The position numbers and the translations under genes were made by a program. This document shows, piece by piece, positions 1 to 15,100 of a DNA stretch of 64,000 nt. The DNA is from Veleropilina oligotropha (taxonomy: Eukaryota): NCBI GenBank assembly GCA_048128005.1, contig JBEUKZ010000100.1:186001-250000 (forward strand). The letters are read 5' to 3'. Each line of letters starts with the position of its first letter. Positions within the stretch are counted from its first letter, which is position 1. Under the pieces are notes generated by a model. The model was not told the DNA's origin, made no database searches, and worked only from the letters and a program-made list of their open reading frames with translations.

Positions 1-98
1 ATCATAACCACTAGGTTACATGAATAATTCATTATAATGTACAGTACACAACTATATCAACATGCTACGTTATGTCAACACAAGGTAGTCATGATTAC

Positions 99-162
99 CT
101 CATACGGCAAGGTCGTGTGTCGATACAAAACAAATTCTCCTTGTAGGAAATTCTCGTAATTT
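99..162 (-). CDS. VWDE-like exon 25 (64 nt; VWD domain)
   Basis: AG/GT bounded, phase 2-0; NYENFLQGEFVLYRHTTLPYE; same length as and similar to exon 29511-29574. Confidence 0.88.
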
Positions 163-3100
163 CTAAAAAGAAAGGTATGCTTATTACTTACAACTGACCA
201 ATTCTGAGAACATTTAGAACAAACCAGTGCTGATGGTTTGTAAAATGAAGGAGAGTAAAAAATTACTCTCCTAAAAATGCCGAGGAGAGCAATAGTTGAC
301 TCTCGCAAAAGAAACGAGCAATAGGTAAAAATAACTATTTTTGATGTAAAGGATCTTTTGTCATTGTGTGATTAAATTTTATACAATATACTACAGTGGA
401 TTCCGCTTATTTGCATAGCGAGATTGTCGCGATTATTTATGCTAATAAGCGGATTATGCGTTTAACCGTTACGTAAATTTCGGCAAGTTTTTCGCCGGAA
501 ATCTCACCCATGATAATTAGCGTACATGTATTTAAATGGTTCTTTATTATTATAAATATATGTCCTTGTAATAAATTTATTTGCAAAGGAGAATTTGCGT
601 AATGTATTTTTCTTTCCATGAATACGGATTGTATACACAATATTTTGTGGTTATTCTGACCTGTTTCAGTAGAATAGATATATAGTTTACTAGGGTGTGG
701 AAATTTATATTCTGAATGTTCTATTCTGCTGAACACGTGTCGCGTTATCGGCCGCCATGTTGAAAATTCATCCCTGTTTTAATCTCGAATCGATTTGTTT
801 TTACAATTATTGAATAATTATTTCTAGCGTTATTTAATTAGTCCAGTATATTATGATATATAAAAAAACTTATAAGACGTCTTCATATATAAATTAAAAT
901 AATAATTAAAGCACAGTAGTTCTCAACGGCGATGCTACGAAACCAAATCAGGGGAGATAATTTTTTATTTTGTTACAAAAGAAACGTTGTGTTGTTGTTG
1001 TCTTATAATTATGTTATTTATCGGCGAACTAAGTGATGTTCACATGAATACATGTAACGGCACCTTTTACATTGATTCGTAAGCCTAATGTTTGATTTTG
1101 CGTTCAGATAAACCCAAAAGTCTGTCATTTGGACTTTGACAATAGCTTTTAATCCGATTATCGATCGATGTCTGCCATCCCATAATATCCCCGATTGACA
1201 TCGTTCATTTCCGTAACATTTCTACACTGAAACGATGTTTATGGAACTTTCAGTTCCGACTTTTTCCGGAAGTAAAAATTATTTTGAAACCCACGAGGTT
1301 GAAAACATGGTTAAACTTCGAATGTTACTGTTGAATAAACATCTTTACGATGGCGTAGCATGACATACCGGCAAATACGCAAGTATTTTGATCAATTTAA
1401 CGATGTTAATATCAATTATGTATTGTGCAGTCGAAAATTTCTTATGCAAATAAGCGAAAATCCGGTAATTATGCATGCAATTAAACGATTATTTGCATAT
1501 GATAATAATCGTAAACTGTTCTGTTCCTGCAGATTTTATGTAAATATCCGAAATATGCAATTAAGCGTTATGCAATTAAGTGGAATCCACTGTAATTATA
1601 TGTGGCATTGGCTTATAATGGTGATTTTCTTTATATTTAACTTATTAACTGTTGCCCATGATATTGACGTAAATGATACAAAATTTGCACCATATCAAGT
1701 TTATCTAGACATAATATATAGCCAAGCTTTTCTCAATTAAATTAGCTAATTAATAAGTAATATATTCTTTATGAAATTATTTTAGACATTTCCTAGCTTG
1801 ATAGGCCTACATGTTAATGCACTATGTTAGCAATGCAATTTTGTTTAGCAAACAAGAACACTTCGATGGATATTTGGAATAGGCTTTATTTATATGCTCA
1901 CTTAGAGACTATTGCCCGTAAATGCGCTCTTTCGCACGAGTTGTCTCTGGCACGAGTTGTCATGACACCATCTATCGCCCGGTTTGCGGAGATTGATACA
2001 AATTTCGCGAAGATATGATCGATATATGATCAAATGATAGACTTTTATTGAAATTATTATTGTAACTGGGCAATATATATAATATGTTATTGTCAAGTAG
2101 AAAGCTATCTTGCTTGACAAGCAGAAACCAACGCAACTGTGCTCCAACTAGGTCAATTGGAAATGAACTCGGTGGGAGGTAATTAAACGCGGACCGCGTT
2201 TTATTATTTTCAAATATTCAGTAGCGATTAATTTAAACGGTAGCAAATTACTGACGAATGTTGAGTGTTGAAAATTCCTAACTTTTTATGTTATAAACAA
2301 AAAGTGTAATGCTGTTAGTTTTCTTTTTAAAAAAGAAAGAGCGCATTTATGGGCAATAGTCTCTTTAATGTTTGATAATTTGAAAATTTAACACAATTTT
2401 AATCACGAAATCGACTTTCAACTTTCAAAATTAATATATTTCCATTTCGTAACATAGTTGTTTACTGCAGTCGTCACACTGAATTATCTCCCTTGGTATA
2501 ACAGAAATGTAATGCGCTTTGCATTCTATACGTATGTATATCTGTTTAAAACGTATTATAATTTTATATATAACTTACTTTAGTTACTAAAACTGTTATT
2601 TTTCTCGTGTTTAAATATTTATTTCATCGTAACTATTACTAAATCAGTGAGTGGGTCGCCTCGTGGTTAGCGTGAAAGTCGCTCAAGACTGTTCGTGTTA
2701 AAACCGGAATATAGCGAAAATGACCGACGATAAGTTAAGCAGTGCGACAAAACACAGAGTTCCGAAAACAGCTTCTCGGCAATGTACGGAAATAGTCAAG
2801 GTGTATTTGATTCACTCGCTGTGAGAACACGACAAAGTCGAAGTCCATCATGTCGGATAACAGTTGAAGATTGCCGCGACGCCGCAAACGATATTAGCTA
2901 TATTAAAGTATTGGAAATGAAAGGAAACACGATTTTGTAAGTCCATTTATTGATTTAACATATTGTTTTTAGTCGCGCAACTTTTGACTCCCGCCAATTC
3001 AGATTCAGGCGCGCGAGCGCAAATACGCGTCTCAAACGAACAGCACTGACAAAGTGAGCTGGGTTTTACATTTAACTAAAATTGTGTTGTCAGCTACTGC

Positions 3101-6100
3101 TTACAAGTTACAAATATGATATGTTAGCTTCATGTAACATTGTGTTGTCAGCTGCTACTTACAAGCCACAAATATGATATGGTAACTTCATGCAACATTG
3201 TGTTGTGTAAATTATCCACAAGAGCAACATCTCGAAATGGCTCACATGCGTGAAACAGTACCTTAATCTCTTATATTTCAAGATAACTGTGCCAGCATTC
3301 GGTCACATTGCAATTAGGTATGTTGAATACACTGAATCAGATGTATACATCTGACACACTGCTTCATTTTACTCTTTTTGTTAATTAATTTTTATATTCA
3401 TAAATTATGAATTTTCATACCTTGTGTAAACTGGGACTACTAAACTAGAGGGACTGGCAACTTTAAAGATCGCGCTGAAATCACATACTCGGCGTTAACA
3501 GGCGAGAGTTCGCCTGCAATCTAATAAGCATAGCAACAACCTGCTAATTGAATCCCATATAAAATATTCGCTACTATTTGTCAGACATCTGTATGCACAT
3601 AAATAGATATTATATATATTGTATGTGCTTATATCGTTAAAATTATGTAAAAAAATCATAGATAAATGTTATGATATTGTATGTTCTGGGTTATTTACGA
3701 AAATCCAAAATGGCGTCGATGAGAAAGCTTTCGAATAGAAAAATAGTACATTTTGCAACTTCTTCTCCTCGTCAGCTGCTACATTTTACTTATGAATATC
3801 TTGCCCATCATTTTATTTATATCCTATTGCTTCGACTCTTCTGTTGTGAAGTGAAATTTGACGAAGATTTATATCGTATAATTGCATTTAAAAATGACGA
3901 TTTTTCCTGAATATGTTCAGCGTTAATATTTTCACAGTGTAAAGTACTCGATTTTGCAACTTTTTCTCCTCGTCAGCTGCTACATTATACTTTTTGATAT
4001 TTGCACCATCTTTTTAATTGCATACGATTGCTTGAACTCATCTATTGCGTAGTGAAATATGACGAAGATTTACAGCACATATTTGCATCTTAAAATGAAA
4101 AATTTTCTTAAATATGTCAAGCGTTGATATTCATTTTGTGATGGACTCTCTTCTTTATTTGTTGCATTTTATTTTGGAATATTTTCACCTTTTTCTAATT
4201 TACACTCGATTACATCGACTTGGCTATTGTACAGGGAAATAAAACGAAGATTTAATTAAATTATTTACGTCTTAAAATAGTGTATCAAAGGTGTCTAACT
4301 GGTACCATGGTCCGTTTCAATAATACTTCATTATAGTGCCAACTTTAAGTTGTCCCCATTGTAAAGCAAAACATAGAATGAAATGCAATTAGTGGATACC
4401 TTTGTCTCTATTGAATATAAACGTTTGACTTGATAACCATTAGAAAAGTAGTTGGGGCCATTTATATGGGTCCGATTCAGTAATAAAGATAAATTCATAA
4501 GAACTTATTTCTATTTTAATTGCCCAATCAATTTATTTAACGATTAACATAGACCTTTTCAATAATTGGTTGAATTTTATTTTATCTATTATAAATAATT
4601 ATGCAATTTATTTAGTTTGAATGCCGTACAAATTAAAATAATTCAAAAATAAATTCGTTATCATATGTTATGTTAATCGAATTTCGTGTTTAATAGGTAT
4701 TTTGTGAATTCAAACTGTTATAATTTACCGCATTGATCCTAATTGGGGATAAAATAGTCTTGTCACAAAGCCAAAGCCGGCTATGCGCACAGTGCGGTAA
4801 ACATGAGAACAATAGCGAGTACCACATTATTGACGGCGAGTCGGCTATTAGGTCAGAGATTCCAGTCCCTCTTATAGTAGTCCCAGGTGTAAATGAATAT
4901 TATTTTCTACAACTTACTTTCCATCAAAGGTATGCATGTGCGGATCATTCAGGGAGCGACAGAGTGCCGATTTATCACGGTCAATCACCTCAAGCTGTTG
5001 GCAAAGAAGAAATTTTACAGAATATAAACTAATTTGAAAATGGCATAATTCATTGCCTGTTAATTAACATAAACTTCAAAGAAGAATGAGGAGTTCAGAT
5101 ATTATGTCTCGACCTTTGTCTTGACATTTGCCAATGTTGTAGTAGTCGGTCTCATTTATAGTAAAAAACATGACAAAAGACAGAATTGAGATCAATACTT
5201 GCTTTCCTTATATTGCACATACGTTTTAACTAATCAGTGAAAATCAAGTAAATAGACAATACGTTATAGCAAAAAAAACTGCAACAATAAAATTAGTCGA
5301 TAGCATTGAAATGTTTAAATTGCATTGTAAGTAAAATTTTTGCAAAGACCAAGCAGACATATTTGATGGACAATATAAATTCCTGGTAGATACTTTACTA
5401 CCACACACAAATATATTTACATTATTGTGGATATCAATCTTTTAAATGATTGGCTTTGGCAATCAGATTAATGGTGAATTTTCACATGATTGGAAAGAAA
5501 ATTGATTGATTGAAAATTCCTCAATTAAAAACAGAACAATATAAATTATTGAGTTGAGAATCAATGTCTATTGCTAACATTGATTAACAAACAACACTTC
5601 TGCTGATCTCCTAACTTAAGAACAATTGCATAAAAATAGACATATATGGTATACTTAAATAAACAAATTATTAAAGGAGAAAGTCTTTTAATCCATACCT
5701 CCACCTTGCCCAATTCCCACTGCGTGACGGAAAGGGAATTAACAAACACCTCAGCGAAGACGCTAATTACTCTCCTCTGATTCTTGTCACGCAACATGTC
5801 CAGTGTGGCCTTCACCGGGATCTTCAAGAGGGATTGCCAATTCTCCATAGAAATGTACGACCTACATGGCCTGTCAATGATATCGCCATGGTAACCGAAC
5901 ACGGCCTGCGCCACTTCCGTGCCGTCGGGACATTTCTTCTCCTTCTCTCTGATCAGTGTCGTGCCAATGGCGAGCTGGCAGTAGCGCAGTCTGTCACTTG
6001 GTGCGCAGAACAAGCGGGGCGGCAGATGGGATTTAACCTCAATGTCCACAGAGGCGGCGCCTTCGTGCACCTTAATCTTATCAGTCACAAGCTGAAGACA

Positions 6101-9100
6101 AATTTAAGGGAATAATTTTAGAGGAATATATATTATTATATAATATTTAATTAAGTCTGTTACTTGACTCAACTTATATACAAAGAATGTTATACCTTAT
6201 CAGGTAAAGATCTTTTAATAATAAAGGAAGAAACCCTCTTTGTAGAAAGATAGCTCATGTAGTGACAGTCCACATGTACATACTGATGCATACTGTACTA
6301 TCAAAGGGAGTTAAATTTCAATGGTATCTGGAGTGAAACGGGCCTTATGCATAACCAGGGAGATAACAGGCCCTATGCATAACCAGGGAGATAACGGGCC
6401 CTATGCATAACCAGGGATATAACGGGCCCTATGCATAACCAGGGAGATAATGGGCCCTATGCATAACCAGGGAGATAATGGACCCTATGCATAACCAGGG
6501 ATATAATGGGCCCTATGCATAACCAGGGAGATAACGGGCCCTATGCATAACCAGGGAGATAACGGGCCCAATGCATAACCAGGGATATAACGGGCCCTAT
6601 GCATAACCAGGGACATAACGGGCCCTATGCATAACCAGGGAGATAACGGGCCCTATGCATAACCAGGGTTATAATTGTGAAGTCTGGATACTATGTACAT
6701 GACATTGTACTCTGTATTTTGACTAAGACTTTAAACCTGTACGTTTACTTTCATCGTTAAAACAAAATTGTATCTGAATCTAGCATACCTGGGAAAACAG
6801 TCTTCATAATAATAATATCTATGCAGCCGTGGTACAGTGGTAGATGCACTGGCCTCTCACTCGAGAGGTTTGGGGTTCAACCCCGATTCCGGCGACTTCC
6901 CTTGGGCAAGGAATTAAGCATATATTGCCTCGGTTCACCCAGCCGATCTGAGATCTAAATGGGTACCTGGTTGGCAGTGGCAGAATATGTCAGAATGACT
7001 GGTCAAGCGCCTAACAGGCATGTACTTGACCGTAATACTCTCAGAGAGAGTTGAGAAGGAATATGAATGAACAGGCCAATAACCAGGGGAATAATAATGT
7101 AAGCGCTTTGAGCACGCATTTCGTATGTGTGGGAAAGCGCAGATAAATCTTCACATTATTATTATTATATCACATCATGAACAAATAGTACGGTACCCCG
7201 TTATCACGTAGCACGCACCTCAATCTTTGCAATAAGTTTCTCGCTGAGCCTCCATGGTCCACGAGTTTCCTCGCAACGCAACGTTTCGCATGCTGACACC
7301 GCACAATACAGCTGTAATAGACGAAATGCAGAACATGCTATTTGTGCATTTTATGTCACAATACACCCTAAGATTTGATCGACTCAATGACGATGATTTA
7401 TGGTGTGATCATTTAGTCATCATTTTGGAGAGCCGTGTTAGACCTATTAGGTGCTTAGAAAATTATTGAGGGCTTGAATTAGGGGCTGTGTTTTTTATAT
7501 GACTATATAAGGATACATAAAGATGTCAAGAAATAATTGTAACTATTTTACTAACAAAACACCACCACTGGTCACGTTGATTTGAATAATAGATTACAGT
7601 GAATTAATACAGTCCTCAGATATAAATTGCAAGCTAACAATTGTGTCTTCAATCATTGTTGGTTGAGTCAACATTGACAACCAATCAGAGTCGCTGTTCG
7701 ATGGTGATTACACAACATGTCGGGCACAAGTCAAACCAGTAATTTGAAAAATATTTAGTAAGCCAGATAAAGGAGCAGGGGTGCTAATTAGGATGATTTT
7801 TCTTTCTGGAGCAGCAAGAACTGACTTTGCAACATTACCTCATCGTTAAATTGGAGCTGTGTGAAGGAACCCTCCTCAATATCCAGGTTATAAATGCCCT
7901 CATCCAGCGACTGCTGCAGTAGAACGTGACTATTCTGGTACCAGCGGGCGGTGTACGTCAGATTATCGAGGTTCAGAGAATCAAAACTACACGACAATCG
8001 CAGCTGCTCTCCAATCATTTCAGAAACAATTATAGGTCTGCTGTCAAATCCAGGCACTTCTGAAATAGATATAAAATCACGTCACATTAACAAGTAGCAG
8101 CTAATTATGGATTAGGAAATAATTCACATTAAAATACCAAAATTCAAAAAAAAATTTGATGCAAACGTGGTCAAAAGGATAGTACATAATTACTCGAGAA
8201 TATTTTTAAAAAGAATTTAATTGTCTGAAACATATACTATATATTATGTAATTGGGATACTAAGTTAATAACACATGTCATTGAACAATTAGTTTTGTAC
8301 GAAGATAAGTGAAGCCATTTAAACCGAATGGAATCTTACAACATTGGACAGTCCACATTGGACTAACATATTTCGTCGTGACTTTGCGGTAGAACATGGC
8401 CCCTGAATGTCTGGGTTAAATCCCAGGTCCACAGATTTCTTGTTGGGCAGTGAAATAACCACAAATGTGCCTTGGTTCAATAAGTTGATCTTAGCGCATA
8501 CCGCAAGCAATGAGAGCAAAGCTCTCGGAGGATGTAGAAACAAAATCTAGAGAGAAACAGGGACGTCATTGTGAACTCATGAAATATTACGTATTAAAGT
8601 GTGATGTTAACTGTCCTCGATATCTCAACTGGCAGAGCGTCGGAAAAGTGTTAAATGAGAAGGTAGGATGTGGGTTCGCAGCCAGCTCCAGCGTGGAACT
8701 AACAAAAGGAATGGCTTAAAAGCCTGTTACCCGTCCTTCGAATGGAGACGTTAAACCCAGGTTCTGACTACAGATACGACTGAAAAATTGTCAAAGTTTA
8801 AATGTGGTCGTAAAAAATAAACGGATTCAATCAATCAATGGTAAAGTCATAAAAGCATGCGATTTGCACATAAATATACTAAACATGCCATGTAAATATA
8901 CTAAACATGCCACGTAAATATACTAAACATGCCACGTAAATATACTAAGCATGCCACGTAAATATACTAAACATGCCACGTAAATACACTAAACATGCCA
9001 CGTATATATACTAAACATGCCACGTATATATACTAAACATGCCACGTTAACATACTAAACATGCCACGTAAATATACTAAACATGCCACGTAAATATACT

Positions 9101-12100
9101 AAACATGCCACGTAAATATACTAAACATGTCACGTAAATATACTATATATACTAAACATGCCACGTAAATATACTAAACATGCCACGTAAATATACTAAA
9201 CATGTCACGTAAATATACTAAACATGCCACGTATATATACTAAACATGCCACGTAAATATACTAAACATGCCACGTAAATATACTAAACATGCCACGTAA
9301 ATATACTAAACATGCCACGTATATATACTAAACATGCCACGTAAATATACTAAACATGCCACGTGAATATACTAAACATGCCACGTATATATACTAAACA
9401 TGCCACGTAAATATACTAAACATGTCACGTATATATACTAAACATGCCACGTAAATATACTAAACATGCCACGTAAATATACTAAACATGCCACGTAAAT
9501 ATACTAAACATGCCACGTATATATACTAAACATGCCACGTAAATATACTAAACATGCCACGTATATATACTAAACATGCCACGTAAATATACTAAACATG
9601 TCACGTATATATACTAAACATGCCACGTAAATATACTAAACATGCCACGTAAATATACTAAACATGCCACGTAAATATACTAAACATGCCACGTATATAT
9701 ACTAAACATGCCACGTAAATATACTAAACATGTCACGTATATATACTAAACATGCCACGTATATATACTAAACATGCCACGTAAATATACTAAACATGCC
9801 ACGTAAATATACTAAACATGCCACGTAAATATACTAAACATGCCACGTAAATATACTAAGCATGCCACGTATATATACTAAACATGCCACGTAAATATAC
9901 TAAACATGCCACGTAAATATACTAAACATGCCACGTATATATACTAAACATGCCACGTAAATATACTAAGCATGCCACGTATATATACTAAACATGCCAC
10001 GTAAATATACTAAACATGCCACGTAAATATACTAAACATGCCACGTATATATACTAAACATGCCACGTAAATATACTAAGCATGCCACGTAAATATACTA
10101 AACATGCCACGTAAATATACTAAACATGCCACGTAAATATACTAAACATGCCACGTAAATATACTAAACATGCCACGTAAATATACTAAACATGCCACGT
10201 AAATATACTAAACATGCCACGTAAATATACTAAACATGCCACGTAAATATACTAAACATGCCACGTATATATACTAAGCATGCCACGTAAATATACTAAG
10301 CATGCCACGTATATATACTAAGCATGCCACGTATATATACTAAACATGCCACGTAAATATACTAAACATGCCACGTAAATATACTAAACATGCCACGTAT
10401 ATATACTAAGCATGCCACGTATATATACTAAACATGCCACGTATATATACTAAACATGCCACGTAAATATACTAAACATGCCACGTTAATATACTAAACA
10501 TGCCACGTTAATATACTAAACATGCCACGTAAATATACTAAACATGCCACGTATATATACCAAACATGCCACGTAAATATACTAAGCATGCCACGTAAAT
10601 ATACTAAACATGCCACGTAAATATACTAAACATGCCACGTATATATACTAAGCATGCCACGTATATATACTAAACATGCCACGTATATATACTAAACATG
10701 CCACGTAAATATACTAAACATGCCACGTATATATACTAAGCATGCCACGTAAATATACTAAACATGCCACGTATATATACTAAACATGCCACGTAAATAT
10801 ACTAAACATGTCACGTATATATACTAAACATGCCACGTATATATACTAAACATGCCACGTAAATATACTAAACATGCCACGTAAATATACTAAACATGCC
10901 ACGTAAATATACTAAACATGCCACGTAAATATACTAAACATGCCACGTAAATATACTAAACATGCCACGTATATATACTAAACATGCCACGTAAATATAC
11001 TAAACATGCCACGTATATATACTAAACATGCCACGTATATATACTAAACATGCCACGTAAATATACTAAGCATGCCACGTAAATATACTAAACATGCCAC
11101 GTAAATATACTAAACATGCCACGTAAATATACTAAACATGCCACGTAAATATACTAAACATGCCACGTAAATATACTAAACATGCCACGTATATATACTA
11201 AACATGCCACGTAAATATACTAAACATGCCACGTATATATACTAAACATGCCACGTATATATACTAAACATGCCACGTATATATACTAAACATGCCACGT
11301 ATATATACTAAACATGCCACGTATATATACTAAACATGCCACGTATATATACTAAACATGCCACGTAAATATACTAAACATGCCACGTAAATATACTAAA
11401 CATGCCACGTATATATACTAAGCATGCCACGTATATATACTAAACATGCCACGTATATATACTAAACATGCCACGTAAATATACTAAACATGCCACGTAA
11501 ATATACTAAACATGCCACGTATATATACTAAACATGCCACGTAAATATACTAAGCATGCCACGTAAATATACTAAACATGCCACGTAAATATACTAAACA
11601 TGCCACGTATATATACTAAGCATGCCACGTAAATATACTAAACATGCCACGTATATATACTAAACATGCCACGTAAATATACTAAACATGTCACGTATAT
11701 ATACTAAACATGCCACGTATATATACTAAACATGCCACGTAAATATACTAAACATGCCACGTAAATATACTAAACATGCCACGTATATATACTAAACATG
11801 CCACGTAAATATACTAAGCATGCCACGTAAATATACTAAACATGCCATGTATATATACTAAACATGCCACGTAAATATACTAAACATGCCACGTATATAT
11901 ACTAAACATGCCACGTATATATACTAAACATGCCACGTAAATATACTAAACATGCCACGTATATATACTAAACATGCCACGTATATATACTAAACATGCC
12001 ACGTATATATATACTAAACATGCCACGTAAATATACTAAGCATGCCACATAAATATACTAAACATGCCACGTAAATATACTAAACATGCCACGTAAATAT

Positions 12101-15100
12101 ACTTAACATGCCACGTAAATATACTAAACATGCCACGTATATATACTAAACATGCCACGTATATATACTAAACATGCCACGTAAATATACTAAACATGCC
12201 ACGTTAATATACTAAACATGCCACGTATATATACTAAACATGCCACGTAAATATACTAAACATGCCACGTTAATATACTAAACATGCCACGTTAATATAC
12301 TAAACATGCCACGTATATATACTAAACATGCCACGTAAATATACTAAACATGCCACGTAAATATACTAAACATGCCACGTAAATATACTAAACATGCCAC
12401 GTATATATACTAAACATGCCACGTATATATACTAAACATGCCACGTAAATATACTAAACATGCCACGTATATATACTAAACATGCCACGTATATATACTA
12501 AACATGCCACGTATATATACTAAACATGCCACGTATATATACTAAACATGCCACGTAAATATACTAAGCATGCCACGTAAATATACTAAACATGCCACGT
12601 AAATATACTAAACATGCCACGTAAATATACTAAACATGCCACGTAAATATACTAAACATGCCACGTATATATACTAAACATGCCACGTATATATAATAAA
12701 CATGCCACGTAAATATACTAAACATGCCACGTTAATATACTAAACATGCCACGTATATATACTAAACATGCCACGTAAATATACTAAACATGCCACGTAA
12801 ATATACTAAACATGCCACGTAAATATACTAAACATGCCACGTAAATATACTAAACATGCCACGTAAATATACTAAACATGCCACGTAAATATACTAAACA
12901 TGCCACGTAAATATACTAAACATGCCACGTATATATACTAAACATGCCACGTATATATACTAAACATGCCACGTATATATACTAAACATGCCACGTATAT
13001 ATACTAAACATGCCACGTATATATACTAAACATGCATCTCCACCTACTTCCATGTACATCAAGAAAATAATGCCATTTATCATAACATAAGGCATTGAAA
13101 ACATTTTAGTTCAAAAGGATAAACTCTATTGGTCAATACTCTATCGTTAGATTAACCACAATCATCAATGCCATACATACCAATCTCCAAGTCAAGATTA
13201 TCGGTGATTTGCTTTGCTCCATAGGTAACAGTCCATCCGTAAATGGCACAATGGGCAAATGATTCAGTTCGTGTAGCTGATCGCCCAAGGAACAGATTGA
13301 ATATTGTTCTTGTAGAAATTTTTCGCTTGATGTATTTGCTGCTCTTTGCGACCTCCAAACCATCTAAGTAAAGGGATAAGCCGAACTGAGCATGCCACGA
13401 GAACTGCACGCTCAGGAATCTATCCAGATACTTCAAATGTTTCAGCTTGACTGACACTGTCCACATTTTTTTACTTGTGCTAATTACAAGGTTCATGCGC
13501 TTTCTGTAAAAAACAACAACTCTGATGTGAACAAATAAAATACAAAAGAGCATGATGGAAGAAAATAGGAAGCACAAACTGTTCTTGTGACTGGTAATAA
13601 ACATGTTTAATGTCGTCTGATGGTCATGTACATTCTGAATCAGGTGGTGAATGCCACCACTGTAAAACAGAATGGAGTTATTTGTACGCAAATACTGGTT
13701 TTCGGGACGGGACGGACATACAAAGGTAAATCTAAATGCCCCCCAATAAATTGGTTATTAATGCATCAGAAGCCGGAATACTGTACATGTTGCAAGATGT
13801 CCAGACACAACAGCATTGCATACATGTAGAGAATCCATCGCAGCTCCCAATGTACTTACTTGGCCATTGGTTGTCCACTTTCTGCATTTACTTCAGTATT
13901 TTTCCCAAAGCAGCGCAGGGACACGCATATTTAAGATTCAAGCATAAGGGTCAAGATTTATGATAGCAGATTCTTAATACATTGTAGTTTGTGCACACAT
14001 TCTAGAAGAATCACAATGCTCACTTTTCAATCCACATTTCCATGCCATAAGAACCATCTTCATTTCCTCCGTTGCTAAATATGTATGTTTTCTTGTGCTT
14101 CTGTGTTGAGAATATTTCCAAATCGAATGATACGGTTAGTCCGAATGGACAATTATCAAAGTTATGATAGCATTCATTTGTGTTCGCTGCAAATTCTGCA
14201 AACTGGTTTATGCCATCCAATAGCAAGGCATTCCCGCCAGTGGGGCCTTCGATAAATGTAGGGTTCCCAGATATGGTCAGGTTATAATGCAGCGTGAAAA
14301 GAACGCTTTTGATTATTTGGGTGAATGTTAGACGCGTAATTGTAATTAAATCAACTGAAAAAGATAAGAGAACCAATGTTATATAATGGCATAAAAATCA
14401 ACATAATATTATATACTTAAACAAACTATATTCAAAATCTTTATAAACTTCCGTTACTTGAAAAGACTGAGTATCTGTAGAGTATGCGACTAGTAACAAT
14501 TAATTCCAAATACCTCCAAACTCCAAAACATTGTATGAATATCAAAAATCGATATTTTAAATGCTACTATAAAAGAAGAAATGATCTTTTCACCAAATAT
14601 TTCAATCATAAAATGACAGTACGTACTGGTTATCGCAACAAATGCAGTTGTATTGTCCCGTGGCTGACAAACCATCAAAGAATCACCAGGGTTAATATAT
14701 CCTTCCACGTAGCATTCATCGTCAATTACACATACATCATCCTGCGAAAATAATAACAAGCGATTACAGAACTTTGTGTAGCTTCGGTAGCTGAGTGGAT
14801 TCGAGCGACGGCTCTAAATTTACTGGTCTATATAACAGGAGTGCGTTCGATCCCCAGTTGGGCACTTCATGCTTTTAACAGTCACAGTTGTTCATAACTT
14901 GCCGATGAAGATATTATGTCAGCTGTCATGAAGATATTATGTCAGCTGTCATGAAGATATTATGTCAGCTGTCATGAAGATATTATGTCAGCTGTCATGA
15001 ATGGAAATGTCTGAAAATGGTTCTTTCTTTATAAAGTATTTGCACACATTTTCTATCTGTTCATTTTTCTGGACAGCTATAGGATAGCATGTCATCGAAT

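Noticed and set aside
6822..6895. tRNA gene (also considered at 14778 and 20160-20250)
   Set aside because: A and B boxes are present but I cannot fold a cloverleaf, and the heads continue into SINE bodies or tails
6337..13035. Regular short repeats resembling CRISPR arrays
   Set aside because: Head-to-tail units with no unique spacers, no cas genes, eukaryotic intronic context
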